Notes under the pieces: model-generated
What the model was told of the DNA's origin: nothing
Databases searched by the model: none
Seen by the model: the letters and a program-made list of their open reading frames with translations, nothing else
In this document: one piece after another, positions 10,901-25,900 of the stretch
How positions within the stretch are numbered: position 1 is the first letter of the stretch
Layout of the letters: every line of letters begins with the position of its first letter
From: Balanoglossus misakiensis
Taxonomy: Eukaryota > Animalia > Hemichordata
DNA: 64,000 nt
Reading direction: 5' to 3'
NCBI GenBank assembly: GCA_040954595.2
Contig: CM082593.2
Coordinates: forward strand, 2,683,434 to 2,747,433
Program-made: the position numbers and the translations under genes

Positions 10901-13900
10901 AACCGCCATTATTTCCACAGATTTTCTTGCGGATAATTGTTGCTACGCATCGTGGAAATATGTTCTGTAATTTTGCTTCAGAGTTCCCCGATGTCACCCT
11001 TAATCTGAAAATACTCACGACACCTGATGTATCATAAATACAACCACATCAATACACTCCTACATTTGCTCTTGGTACTAAATATTTCTGTTTATAACAT
11101 TACAATTTTTTTTGGACAGAGGTTAAGAATAATGCATCCATTGCTACAATGATAAGTCTTAGAGAGTTTCTACTGCTCTTGGAACTGCAAGCATGTCAAC
11201 TTGGTAATTGATTTGTAGATCTTGGATGACCATCCCTTTAAATAGGCATTGTATTTTAAAACAATATGGAAGGCATACCTATTGTTTCAATTTAATTAGT
11301 GGGAATCATGATTGGGATAAGTGTAGGTGACTGGCAGGGGTTTAATTGTGATGGTGACAATTGGGCGATGCAATGGGGCAAAGTGAATGGTTGTATTGAT
11401 AACAGGTGAGGTGATAATAGCGGTGTCTTCGCCGAGATCTTCGCACCCCTCGTCGACTTGTTGTCATCGATCGGTTTCGGAAACGTGCGGCGCGAAGGTC
11501 GGTGTCTGTTTGAATCCGTCAAAGCAGGGTATAATGAACGAGGTGTCCCTTCCGTTGACCTTGACATTACGGCAACTATTCCTACAGCCGATCAGGTCTC
11601 TCAGCCCAGGCGCTTATTACACAGGAAACGACCTTCGCTGGAAATCTGCCCGGCATAAATCTGATTTATTAATGTTGTTTGAAATTCTCAAGGCCTTGTT
11701 GTGATATTTGGGAAAAATCGCTCGCCCGAGGGGAATGGTGGCCTGTTTAGGAACCTGCGTGGAGGTTATTCCAGGTCAAATGGTGGGTAGCCAGTCTACA
11801 GTTTATAGGTCAAAGAGTAAACATGACATTTTATGACATCTGAAGATTTGAGAGTCTTTTTTACTTCCCAGATAATCAATGGAGTGCTTGTTTTACTGTA
11901 ATTGCGTAATGGATCAATTTGATCATAAAACAAGACTAGTAAAAATGCTAAATCTCTGAGTTGTGTAATGTGCTGCGTGGGCCCATGTGAAATATGGACT
12001 CTGGTTCAATGGCTATGTGTTGGCCCACCAAAGAACATGGATAAATCTAGTTCTGTACATAAATATTTTGAATTTCTGTTCAGGATACATTGCATCATAT
12101 ACTTCCATGCGGCCACATATATGTGAAAAATGTGACTGTAATTGTCATGGCTGTCATCATTATTCCTGTCGCTTTTCTTTTTTTAAATCTTTTATTTTCC
12201 AGATATTTTGAAAAGAAGTGTAGATCACAAAATATTTACGATGTGTTGTTTTGGATTGAAAATACAGGAGGACAATTGGGGAACAATTAAGAGGAATAAA
12301 ACCGCCAACCAGGTCTTGTGTCACAGTTATATAAGTGGCAACAGGCCCCTGTGGTTGCGTGTAAGCTGGCAGGTCGTAAAAAATCTGGTTGCCATGGATA
12401 CCCATGATTTATACTCTGCATTTTAGGAGATGTGGTAAAGCAAAGACATAAAATTTCACCACAGATGCATTGTTAGTTGGTGAACCTTGTTGCCACGAAA
12501 TGTATGTCGTGCTCAGTTCAGTCCTGGACCAGTCTGTAAGCGATGACACTTTCTCCAAACACTCATTCGCTTTTCCTTCAGAACGATGAAAATCTAACGT
12601 GCTGGTTTTCCTCATTTTTGATACAAAAATTAAAGAGCAGGAGCAGTTTCTGACGACACCTAAAAGAGCTGGCACCCTTAATCTGTTAATCAGAGTCAAA
12701 ATTGAGAATTATGGGATATCTTGACAGCTGTAAGAGCAGCTAAGTTGACGGCCATGACAACGAAGTGTAGTTCAATGTCAGAATGCTTGTGTAGTGACTC
12801 CTTATTGCAATACATGTATTTGCAAATTGCAACTGAGCAGAATTGGAACTTGTGCCAAATGAAACGTATCTACTGCCACCAAAGTTAGCTGAGGTTCTCT
12901 TGCCATCCAGAAGATGCATAAAAACACTATTCAATGTCTAGCCGTGGAGATTTCATTCAATACTTTGCTGGTATTTTCCAGAAAAATAAATTATTTAAGT
13001 ACAACATTGAAAAAAAAATTGTTCTGGGCATTCATATCATATTCTGTGATTATAAGTCTGAAAATTCATTAAAATAGAAATACTTAGTCAAGCGTGGGTT
13101 GATACCAGTACTGTGTGGGCAGAATTGAACAAATGAGATTTTCACATTTTTACATATTCAGTATTGAAAATTGTTTGTCAATACAATTGAGAATGAGAGC
13201 GATAAATGTCGGCGATTTTGCCATCGTCAAAGTTGACAGGACAGATTTGTAGAAGGGCAAAGGTCGAAGGAATTTCAGTGCAAGAGTTCACTTCAGAGGA
13301 TGTTGTCTGATGTCTCCCTGAATGTAAAAATATTTTGATAAAAATATTGAAACATTTTGGCAGAAAACGTCAACAGTGTATTATTTTATGAGCCTGTTGG
13401 CGATATTACCTAGCCTGTTGGCGATATTACCTGCCTCTGTTTCTTGTAAAAACTCGGTGGCCTCTCAACGTTTATGGCCTGACGCCACTGCAGAATAAAT
13501 CACACATTTTCAATTATTTCACACGGTCCATATCCCGTCTTTCCTCGAAGATTTGTTGTTCGAAAGAGTGACGACTGTGACACAGCATGGTTTTTATAGT
13601 AGGAGATTTTTTTATTGACTAGTTGATAAATCTCGCAGCCAGTGCGGCTGCGTCAGAACGTGGCAGAACTCATCAGTGCTCATGAAATGTTCCAGGCGAC
13701 TTGGCTCAGTGGAGATAGCAAGCTCGTTGATAAAACTTTGCAAGTCTTCAATCTGTCAGCTGTACTCTGTAGTGATGAGTCATAATAAAGATGCGTTAAC
13801 ATCATATTTGTGCTACAGCAGTGCTCTTATGACCCAGTTTTTTCTGCAGAATCAGTCAAAATAATCAATGAACCAATATCTGATTCCTCGTTTGTACAGA

Positions 13901-16900
13901 CTGCGAGCGATGCTTTCAAATCAGATATAGCATCTGCATCACTGGAGATCTGAGCAGTAACTTTTAAAGCTTTGAAATAACCATCCTTCAGTCCCAGTAC
14001 CCAGTGTGCAGTTTATGTACGTTTAACACTTGTTAATCATAACTGCCTGTTTTGGTGATGACAGCCGCCACATGTCTCCTGTTTTGATTGGTGGATGTGG
14101 GAACCATTCTGGGTAGAAATGGGACTGGTTGAGTTACTGGGCTTCACAAGAGAACTTGGTAAGCTGGAAGCATTGCATTGTGGGTGAGCAGTAACTGTCA
14201 CTATTCCGATTGTTCCAGCTAAGGTGTTCGTGAATGGGCACTTTTCAACCGAGGTATTCAATGCGTCATACTGATTGTGTGAATGGTTACAAGGGGGTAC
14301 CCAACGAGGGCACCCCGGGGCCTACTTCATGTGCGCACAGTTTCCATCTTTATTGTTTTCTTTTCTTCGATAGGGCGTTTGTGGCATAATTTACGAGTTC
14401 ATGCACTGAAATTAGGTGTTTTCTAATGTGCAACTTTGTTTCAGGCTGAGGCAGGAAATCCCACTTCGGCGAGTTTTAGCGTCGGCTAAACTGCACATTT
14501 TGCTATAAATTATTACTGGTAATTTAGTAGTGACCTTTTATCATTACAGTTACACGAATTCCGCACCATGCAAATACTGGTTGGAATTGGATTCGCTTTC
14601 AGTCACAACAAGCATTTTTCTAGAATACACTGAAACTCTTTCTGTTTCGTAATCATTTTGGACCACAACTTGATGATTATTCATATTGTTTCAGATTGGC
14701 ACAAAGGGAAGCCATATTGGACAGGTGTACTATGTAATGTTTTTAAAAAAGTTGACAATACCAAATGAGTATGTATTGATTATCAGAACGCATGAAAATC
14801 ATGTTTTCAAAGCTTCAGTTTACTTTTCATTAAAATCCGGTATCCTGGAAATCCAGATTGATCCCCCAGTTGATGTAAATCATAGACCAGGATTTCAAGT
14901 GTCATTTATGGTGATTGGGAAAGTGTGAAATATAATACCGGGGAAGTATAGATAACAATTAGGGGCTGGAGGTGTACTTTCATCATAAACCTTCTCTCTG
15001 AAGGATTGTGGTTTAGTCTAACCGACTGATATCGGTACCAGGTTGTAATTTATACAGCCTTTTTGTCTGAAGCTGTTAATATGAACATCTTCAGTATAGA
15101 GAGAGGCATGAGATATATTCTGAGTAAAATGGAAGATGAAATTTCAGAGTAATACGAGAGCGAACTTTGCTGCAGAGTGTGTGCCGCAAATGAGTCTGAT
15201 ATGGTAATTTCAGGTGTCTGATTACAGCGGCTGAAATATAATATCATTGTAAGAAATTCCTTTTCTTTTTCACTTGTTGTGGGGTTAGAATAAAGAGATA
15301 GTGACATGGGGAAAATTTTCCTGTATAGGGTTACTTTATTTACAAAATGGGACTCGCCTCTGCTGGAAACCGAACTGGCGCATTGTACATGTTACACACC
15401 CCAGGACCTTGAGATGTCTCTTTTAAGTTTCTTCACATTACGTACAGCACTTGCAGACTATCTGGGACCTATACATGACTGAAAGTTGTCTCTGGGGGGT
15501 TCAGATTTGGTCAGTGTGCACATTCGAAGTTGGTGTCTAGAGCATAATTATTAAAAGCATCTTCTCTCTGCCCCAAATCAACAATAAGAGCTCCTACCCC
15601 ATCCCCATACCCCTATCATAACAGTTCTTCTCTGGTCCAACCTAGCATGTATCCACATTGAACCAACCAACACAGGGCTAACAATAAATGTCTAATATGA
15701 AAGAATAAGTCGTGACAAAACCACTTTCCATGTCTGTACTAGACTGAAGCTTTCAGTGAAAAAATTTCAATCTTTTTGCCGAAGTTTTTTTTCCAGGGAG
15801 ATCAGATGGGTGGAGAAGGCATAATCTGGGTATTAGCCCGGCATCCCAGAGGTTGAATTGTAAGTCATGGATATGTGGCTGCGGAAAACCTCTGCCAGGA
15901 AGCTGGTGCTGGAAATCAGATGTGCCTGACTGAACCCGTGGCACCAGGGATGCCAATTTGTCAAGATGTTTTTATTATCCCTAGCAATAAGTCCACTCAG
16001 GGCCTGTCAGAAAGTCAATCCATAATCCGGCCGTGTCACATTTATTTTTATCGTTCATGCACGCTTCGAAAAGGATCTTTTTACGGAGGGTGAAATTGCA
16101 TGCCCTCGGTCCATGATGAAAGTGAAAAGTGTTATTCAAGTCTAGACAGTTGTCACTTTCTGAGAGGACATTTTACAACACTCCAGTCCTAAAGTTTGTT
16201 ACTGAGTAACATCATATTAAAAAAAAATCAATACTTTATATATTAAAAAAATCAATATTTATGTTAATTCTTCCATATGATATTATTGAAGTCGTAGCGC
16301 AATTTACGATGTATGCAAATCGTCATTAACATGTGAATTTTCAAGTATTGACCTAAAATTCTGTCGTGGCAGTATTTTTTTCTCATAGTATAGTGAGAGT
16401 ACAGGTCAGAGCACTGACAGTTTAGCGAGTTTTGTATTCAGCCTAGCGTAAGGAACTTCTGACATTGCAGTGAAGCAAAAATATCCGGAAATAATGTTAA
16501 GAGGTGGTGACTCTGTCACTTTAAATATGTCACACGAAGAAAAAAGAGTTCAAATCAGGAATTGATGTGACGTGTTGATACAGGAGAGAACGGTGTCTTC
16601 AAATATGTGGGTTTTTAAAACACGGCGACATTGACAGCTACGTATGTATGTCGGCCTGCTTTGCAACTCGTATCAAGTTTCATGTGCACATATTGAGTGC
16701 AGATTTCAAGACTTTGTGTATTTGCTTTTGAAAGGATCAAAATAGGAAGGAGATAATTTTTGACAGTTTTGCAGCTGACTTTGATATCTTGTGAAAAGAT
16801 CCGCTGGCAACCAAGTTGAAAAAAATGGGTGAGAACATTTTTTGAGATGTTCGCAATGTGTCGGTTGGCTGAAGTTACGATGTACTTTTTGCTGCATAAA

Positions 16901-19900
16901 CATGGCACTCAAGTAAAAATAGCTTTCTTTGTAGTCACTGGTACATTTTAAGAGAGAAGTCTAAACACCCCTTTTCATTGGAAATACCTACACATCAACA
17001 TTTATAAATGGGTCATTGTGAGGTCTTTTTATATGATGCCCTTTGTGTGTGTCAAATCTCTGTTTGTTAGTTGTTTACTCCTCTGCTACACAAGATGGAT
17101 GCCTCCATTTTGTTTTGATAAATATTCATAATAGTATGAACCCATGACATCAGAGCTTACTAAGCTGTGAACACTGCCTGCTTTTGTGTCTGGGAATGTT
17201 TTGGTTTTGTGATTGTGTCGCTCGGCAGGCCGTCTTCCACAAAAGCATTGATCTAAACCCGCAACGTAAACTTTTTATAACCTAAGCTCTGTAATGGCAA
17301 CGGCAGCAAACAGCCAGGTCACCGTTGGAGCGAGGCACATTTTATAGCGGTTGTCTGTGCCATGTGTATAGACGCCACACACGTGCCGTTTTGATTTATT
17401 GCCCGTTTGAGAATCAGAAATCACCAAAATTCAAGGCACATTTGGGTGATGTGTGTTTGATAAGCCATCTTTGAACAGAAAAAACTAACTCTCCGGTAGA
17501 TGGGTGTTTTTATTTCAGTCGGGAATCATTATGTTTGCTTCTGTATCTGAATCTTCCCCAAATCAGTATGTGATTTACATGCTCTCATATAAGGCTGTCA
17601 TTGCAAGAGGATTTTCTGTGCTGATTGTTCAACTCTAATACTGTGTGTAGCCATCTTCTACTTGCCACTAATAATGTGCCTTTGCTTAGAGGTATTTCTT
17701 TGTTACCGTAAAGTCATTCCAGCTTGGTATGGTTATTTGCCTTGACCTTCTTGGGCTCAATTTCTTGAAAATATAATGGTTACAATACATTAAAGATGAT
17801 CATGTGAGAAATTAAATCTGCAGGTATCTGTATGCTTGCACGACAAAACGTGCATTCTATGCGGCCTGATGTGGTGAAAAAAATTTCACACTTACAGGGA
17901 AGGTTGATTTCGCAGAGTATGTAATAATTTCAGAGTATGTGATAATTTCTTTTTCAGGAAAAGAGGTGCTAATGAAACTTGGAGTGGTGTTGTCAAGGAG
18001 ATTGGTTCAATAGAAATTTATTCAAAAGCATAGTGCGATGCGTTCAATTGTTGTGCGTTTCCACCGTTGCAAAGATGAATTCTCCGATCAGTGGAGATCG
18101 TTTTCAAGGCAGAAATGCTTCCTTGTCAGGCCGTGTTTTTGTTTAGCTCTGGTGTGTAAGACATGTCTGAAGATAGCTTGATTTGAAGGAGAACAAACAT
18201 TGACTAAAATATAAAAGATTTTTTTTTTGCTGTGGCGTCGCCAGTTTTGATGAGAAATGGCGCCAAATCGTACCGTTTACGAGGTTCAGTGGAAGGAGTG
18301 AAAGGACGTTTGTTGCATGCGCAGTGTTAATAGTTACTGCACATTGATGATACCCATTTTAACAAGATGTGTGCTAATGTGTAGTGACATTATCACGTCA
18401 ACCTGAAATTCATATGAAAATCCTTGAATTTCATACAGGCTATGTTGATTGGCTGAATGTCTGGCGTTTCAACATTCTTCAGTGAATGGAACAGCAATAC
18501 ATAGAAATGAGATACCAGATGAAATAGAACTCTGTCTAATATTGACAATTAATTTTAAATTTATTGTCAAAAAAGGGTATTGACTGAGAGTGAACAATCA
18601 AGATTGTGAAGAGTTTGAAGTTTCAACAGATTTCTAATAAGAAAAACGTGCACGCTAAAAAAATGGGTTTGCGTTTATTCCTCTTGCAAATATTTGCATG
18701 TTTGATTGGCTGTCCCTCTGAAGTGTGTATTATTCTGGCTTTAATAGGAGTTAGGCTTAGGATGTATCAATTTTGTGAGCAGCTCTAGAGGTTTGTCAAT
18801 ATGTTATCAATATGGGCTTTGTACGTCGACGAGCACTGATCAAACAGCGCAAAACCTTGGTTGAGAGCAACACCTGATTCCGATACGATTCGTAATTCAC
18901 TTTTCGTTTTGAAGACATTTGGGGTAGCAGGGAACGTTCCCTGTCTGGTTCCCTGACCTAATTCCATCTTTCCCTGTGCTTTGTTGATGAATAGGGTCCG
19001 GTAACCACGTGGCAACCATTTTGCCAAGATTTGAGGCAAGATGGCTGCCGCATGGCGGCCATTTTGCCTAGATTACTGTTACAGAGACAAGAGTGGGGTC
19101 GGGATAGGGTACCACGCGTCATGCTCGCTGTTATCTGGCACTGGAAAAGAGCCTTTTGAAAACCTTTGGAAAAAGAGATGTATCCTGGGTTATTACTCTT
19201 CATCTCAGAATTATCCTTCAGAGTCAGCTGTTCCATCTGAGAAGACAGAAACTGATGTATTTTCTGTTATCCAAGCTGTAGTAGCCCGGAGTTCATCAAA
19301 GACAATCGGTTTAAGCCGGTGTGCGTATGTTGTGGCAAGCAGTCATATTTCATCAGTTTCTGAGAATGAAATGGTTAACATTTCAGAGACTATACGTGAG
19401 CCATTGGAGAAAGTATCTCATATGTATAATGAGAGATGGGGCCCTCCGTGAAGAAATGTAAGGGTCTGGGATGAAAAATACGTATAGTTTACATGACCCT
19501 TGCATTTTTTATCTCACAAAAACCAACTTGGACCCTATCAGCTGCATCTATCATGAAGTGAAAATAATAATCAGTTTTATAACTAAATTAATAAACCTTG
19601 GTTGTACATCTTTGTGTGCAAGTAATGTGGCCACTGCTTAATTTATAGAAAAATTATGTCGTCCTAATCTTGTCATATTACTGCTTTGAAATAGTCACAC
19701 AGAGACCTTGAAATCGCGGATGGTGAATTAGGTCAGTATTCTCATTAAGTTTAGGACATAAAATTGTCTCCATGATAGCATGTGGTTTATGAAATATACA
19801 TTCAGGTAATACTGTGTCAGGTTGTTTTTGAGGGGGATTCAGAGGTTGGTGGCATGCCATTATCATTTAGTGCAGGCGATAATTGTGGTGCCAATTTTCA

Positions 19901-22900
19901 CATTGATCCGATTATAGTTGAAATATTGTATAAATATGAGCAGATGTATTTTGGGCATTTTGCAACATCAGCCCACAACCACCAAAACAGGTCAGATGAT
20001 GAAATATTACATTGCAATAAAACTGTTCCATATAGATGTTTACTATAAATATAAATAATACTCGCACTGAAAATGAGGCAAAAAGTTCAGCCACTGCCCT
20101 TTAATTAACCCTTTCACCCCCAGTTTCTTCTTTAGAGGTCCAACCTAACCATAGAAAACAATGGGTTTGGTCTGAACCATGGCGGTGAAAGGGTTAAAGC
20201 CAACCCTTCCTGTCTCCACTATGGATTGTTTTCAGCAGTGAAAGCTACCCTACTGGGAACGAGATATCACTACATTGATACCGTTTCAGATCTCTTGTAT
20301 ATTCTATAAAAAATGAAGGACCTACAGATAGGGCCTGGAGATACATTTCATGAAAGTTTAATTGTTCAGATTTTTTTCTCTCTCCTAATCTGGTGTATTC
20401 TGGAGAAAGCCCGCCCAGACAATTTTAATACTTTTAGTGAATTACTGCGTGTCTGAGGCTCTCACCCCCATGCTGCGGTTTTCCCTTTGTTATCTTCAAT
20501 TGTGAGGATGGATCATTACACTTGTAATTAGGGGTGATGGATCAAACCATTTCTAACCAAATCGTCACTCCTGCCAACAGAGTTTACAGGGATGTGCCTG
20601 TTAAGAAGTTAAATGCTTGGTATTTCTCTGTGGTATAGGAAACAGCAACAGGCAACTGCGTTTGATACACAGAACAAATATAATCACAAGAATCCTCAAA
20701 TGTTGCAGCAGATGGAACATTGGATGAGTTTAAGAGTTGAGTCTAAATCGTGTTTTGTGAAGGATGTTTGGGATGATATAGTGCGTGTAGGAAGATCAAT
20801 GACAGATGCTCCAAAGTCTCTTTGCAAAAAACACTTGGTTGTTTCGAGAAGAGGATGGATGGTATTTTTCACTGTTGGAGGGTGACTGGTTGGCACTCTA
20901 TTTTAAACGGAGGGCTCTCCAGTTCTCATTGACTTCTGGAATCGTGTGCAACAAGACATCGTCCCCATCTGTTACAGCATTGTGTCGTGATGGTTCCACA
21001 TGTTGTAGTGTTTAACCAATCTGGCTCAGAAGAGGGCAAGGCAGCCTGTATATGTAGTCTAAATTATTATAAGTCTAAATCGGTTTGTTTGTGTGCTGAC
21101 CCAGGCTGGTCCTAGGTTATCCCCAAGCCAACCCAGCCGGACGCTTATTCTGATCTGTAGCGTGTACAGTTGTTGCAATGCTGCTTCAATGCTGTGTGAC
21201 GAAGATGGAGATTTATTACGCAATTTTAAACTGCGGTGTTTCATTTGCTCTGATCCCTGTATCGTGTTGTCACCATATTGGTTTGGCACGGCGAACGAGC
21301 CTCGAGCATCTGGGCATGCTCAGTGGAGATGTCTCCCCATGCAGCGTTTGGGGAGGGCAGAGTTCATTACTGATCCCGATGTGAAGTACATCCGCCCAGT
21401 CTCGTCAACGGGAGAGTCTTAAATTATCGTGGACTCATTCTGGGTAATAAAAACTGACAGGCTGAATTGGACCTCATCCCTAATTATTATGCAAGAAGGT
21501 GACATGTTCAAATCTCATTGGATCTTGTTTTACGGCTAAATGGCAGCCGTAAAAAATCGAAAGCTTTCGTAGTCAGCCAGTCGTTACTCGTTCTGAGGCT
21601 GCCGGGGAGTTGTTAACCTTTTTGGTGGACGTCGTCAACTTTTTCCAATTTTCGCAAAGTGTGTCGATTGTATCGTTGCTGGGGTGTGATTGGGATTTGT
21701 AATGGCTGTACTGTTTTTGTGGGAAAGGTCAAAATTGACTGATAAAAGGATACACGGAATGCATAAACATGTTGTTTCTGGGGTTTTACAGAAAAAAAAA
21801 ATCACCAGCAGAATTTTTTCATTGTTTTGACTTTTCCCCCCAGTTTGTTTTGGGTGTACAACATATCTCATGATATGACTGAAATGTGAAAAATCATAGC
21901 AATGATAATGATGGATTGCTGAATTGATTGGTAATCTCTGTTATAATATATTTTTTGTTTGTGCTGAAATAAAAGTGAATTTAGCAACTGTTTGTTTATC
22001 AAAGAGCCCCATTCCTTGCCTTAGATTCAATCGGCCATTTTCTGGGCTCTGCTTGGCTACAGAAACACTTGATGGTGTGATGGAATAGACAGGAAATTGT
22101 TTCAGCGGATGGAGATTACAGGGGAAACAGTGAGATTAGAGAAGAAAGAAAATTTGTTCTCAACGGATTAAAATTTCAATTAAAACCATAACCTGCGAAT
22201 TCTAAATCCGAACCGACAGTTGTGATCAAGTCATGAGAATTTTTCCAGATTTTTCAGAACATTGACATCCAGCTGTTTTGGTGTTTTAAAGCTCCACTGG
22301 CTGCAAAATTTAATGTTTTATTTCAAGCCCAGACCAGAGTACAGAGATAAACTTCATTTTGTTTCCCTGTTTGATTGAAAAAACACTGGCTGTTGTTTAG
22401 TATTTTGAAAGTATTTTGAAAAAGGAAGCTGTGTTATGGCTATTCAAGCTAAAAGCATGCCAAGCAATTTGATCCATGCACAATGTACCATAGGTGTTTC
22501 ACTGACATGTTGACGATCGTTCTGCCGAAAACTGGAGTATCAACTCCCTGGGTGTTAGGATGTTTTCATAATAAGATTTCCGATAAATCCATAATTGTCA
22601 AGATTTTTGTTTTGCCTTATAAAATTTAGAACTTTTAACGTAAACAATGTCTGCTGCCTACCAATGTCTGGCTAGGCTCAAATCAAGACATCGTATCCGT
22701 TAGTGCCCTGAATGATACGACAAAGATTCTAGACTAATAAATATGTGTAGTTGACTGTTTTGCTATCTTTGATTTCTTAATTTTGCCAGACCCCAAATTT
22801 TAACCTCAATTTGACTTTTGTGTAGAGTTCAATGACCTCTTTCTAAACCCCCCTACATCTAAAACATTGCTGTAAGAAATCATCTTCTTTTGAGGACTCG

Positions 22901-25900
22901 TTGTTTGACTGACAGAGTATCATGTCCTGACCTGCCAATCTTGTTCGTTTGTTATGTCTAATGGATACAGTTGAGAAAAAAATCAAGCTGTTGAGAGCCC
23001 GTTGAGCGAAACATGTACGAAAGCATGTACGTAGAACTTAATCCTTTTCACAAGTGTTTTACTCTGTCACTGCACCAGAACAAATATGTCAACACTCATT
23101 TGAAAAGTCGCTCTGAGAGAAAAGAGGAAAATAGAGACAAAGAAAATTTTTAAGACATTTTAAAATTGTTTCATAGTTTGTCAGCGTTGCTCGTCGAACG
23201 GATGTTGAAACGACTGTTGATGGAGGGTGTGCTTTTGACATGGTCGGGGGTTTCTATCGAGTAGTTTTGGTGTAACGTTACAGCGACATTGTCATTGGAG
23301 ACAGCGACTGAACAAAGCTGAGAGAAAAAGGCTGTTGACACTTGTCCTGTGTTGTGTTGTTTCTCAAGCAGGGGGTCAAAATACTTGTCAACCAGGGGAG
23401 GTAGAGTGTTGTGATTCCGCCCCACTGGGAGAGCTGTCAATCTTCTGTGTCTTACAACTGATTAGACCAAGTCTGTAGGACAAGCAAGAACAAAATTCTA
23501 CGTCTTTTCCGAAAGGCGTGGTATGCGCCCGGAATACGACCTGTAAATAGTTTTCCTACAACCTGACTATGCTATCTAATTACACCCTGCTTTCTGGACC
23601 ATGAGCACAAACGACTTTCAGTTTATTTTGTGTGTGTGAGTCACATTGACAAGAGAGTGTTGTAAATTTTCACTAAAATGTCTCCAGTGAGCGTAACACA
23701 AATTTGCCTTAAGGTGTGCATGCGTTACCTGCTACACATTCACAATCATTCCTACTGAAGGATTTACACGTCCATGTAGTTGATATCATAGTATACCATC
23801 AGTTGAGCTGCCTTTATTGAGGACTAGTTACAAATTCTGTTCTCCATTCTTTATTTTTATAGCGTCACAAATGCATGATGGGTAGACATTAAAATATCAA
23901 TCTAACTCTAAGCCTTCAATTTTGAGTGGCGGCGACATATGCAACATTTTCACTGCGTTCAGATGACCAGTTGGCTTGAAGCGTCGTTCCTCTGTCTTGG
24001 GATTGGCTACTTAGAGATGGATTACTGCTTCGAGGGCACTTCTGAGTTTCCTATGAACAAGGTCTCAATTACTACTCTATCACATGTTTCAAACTGACTC
24101 CTTTGTCATGCTGGATGTGTGGTTTACTCATCGCCAGAAACAATACCCTGTAATTCGACAGCCGATTAAATCCGTGATAATTTTTAGTTTGAAATAAAAA
24201 TGTGTCAGACAGTTACTTCCTTTATAGTGTGTTCTTCTCACAACCCTCTCTGGAACATGTTCTCATTTATGCAAATTTTTATATAATAATCTAAGACTTG
24301 TAGATTGCATTAATAAACTAGCATCAACTCTAAATTTCTCTCTCTTCTTGAAAGCACAATATTAACACACTCTCATAAAAACACACAAGAAATTATCACA
24401 CTACTGACTAGCTCAACAGATGAGTCAGAATAATTGAAACGCTTTCCCAATACTGAGCTATTTCCTGCGACAGATTTCACAATCAAATGCATATTAACCT
24501 CTGAACAGCCATGAATACTTAGAATGTTTCATTTGGGTCTAGTAATTTGTGACTGCGTACTATGTGTAGTGAATGAGGTGTTAAAATCAAAATATTGTTT
24601 CACCTTTGTGCATCTGAAACCAGAAGTGTTCGTAGTACAGAGGTGTCCGGTATACACAGGTCAACAAGAACACCCCCTTGCAACTACAAATGCAATACAT
24701 GTCATAGCAAAGGTGTGAAAGTAATGTCAACAGATTGTTTGCGATGATGCACAATAATTGTAACTGACATTTTGCAGTCTGACTCTACACAGAAATAATA
24801 GTGGAAGATGTGCGTTATTTGGTTCTTGGAAATTCCCCCAGATATATTTCTGATGACAGTATTTGAGAGCAAGAAAAAATGACAAAATTTGAAGCTTTTG
24901 GTGTTCTTTTGGCGCCATATTTCTCCCGCGGTGTCATATATAAATTGGCGAGTGGTCGTTTTGAGCAACCAAGCCGTAGCCATTGTTGGGAGTACTGCAG
25001 AGCTTCCAACAAAATCCAGGATATATTGTGCAAACACTCGTACAATAGTCGTAATGAAAGCCATATTGTAGTCTTAGATAATAATCGCCGTGTCGACCGG
25101 CATGTCTTTGTTATCGCTGGATCTACCTTTTGCAGATGAGGGTTTTTTTGAAGGTGCCAATCTACCACACAAGCAGACCATTATACCCAATTGGCTGGCT
25201 GCCCTTTGAGACTGAATCGATTGCCGACAAATGCCACTAATGGTTGAATTTTCTTTCAGCCAAAATTAAAATCTGTCGGAAATAAAAATCCTCCATGTTG
25301 CTCTCTAGATTGTTAATTGAAGACAAGTTTATGATGACAAACTTTGATTGGTTGGCGCTGACATTTGACCTTGTTAGTTAGTAGTTACACTAGATATTTT
25401 GAACTGCTGAGGGAAAATGTTCCTGACTAGCTCGTTGGACAGAGAGATAAACTGACCACATCTACTCATGTGTCCTTTGTGTGCCAATTACATCTTCTGT
25501 CATCTGTGTGCCTCTCAAAACTGGATCAAAGTTGACAAGTGTATGTACGGACACCCTTAATCTGATAAATTGCTTTCAGTGATAAAATGCACATAGAACT
25601 CTCTCTCTTTCATGAGTGTTATCTTTCTTTTTGTGGGTATTTCTATTCGACTGTACCTGTTTTTCCTGTAGTTTGGTGTGAAGCGGTCACGTTATGTCTG
25701 ATTTGTCATATATGTCAAGAAAAGAATTGTAGCAGTTCTGCTGACAAAACATAACACTGCAGTTCCATGAGTATGCAAACAGTGTGAACCTGCTCCAGTG
25801 TTTAAACTGGGAATCATATTTGAAGCATCATGGGTTGATGAAACTAGGGGATGCGCGATTGGTTTTATGTGATGAATTTTTCCCTGGGAGTGATAAATCG

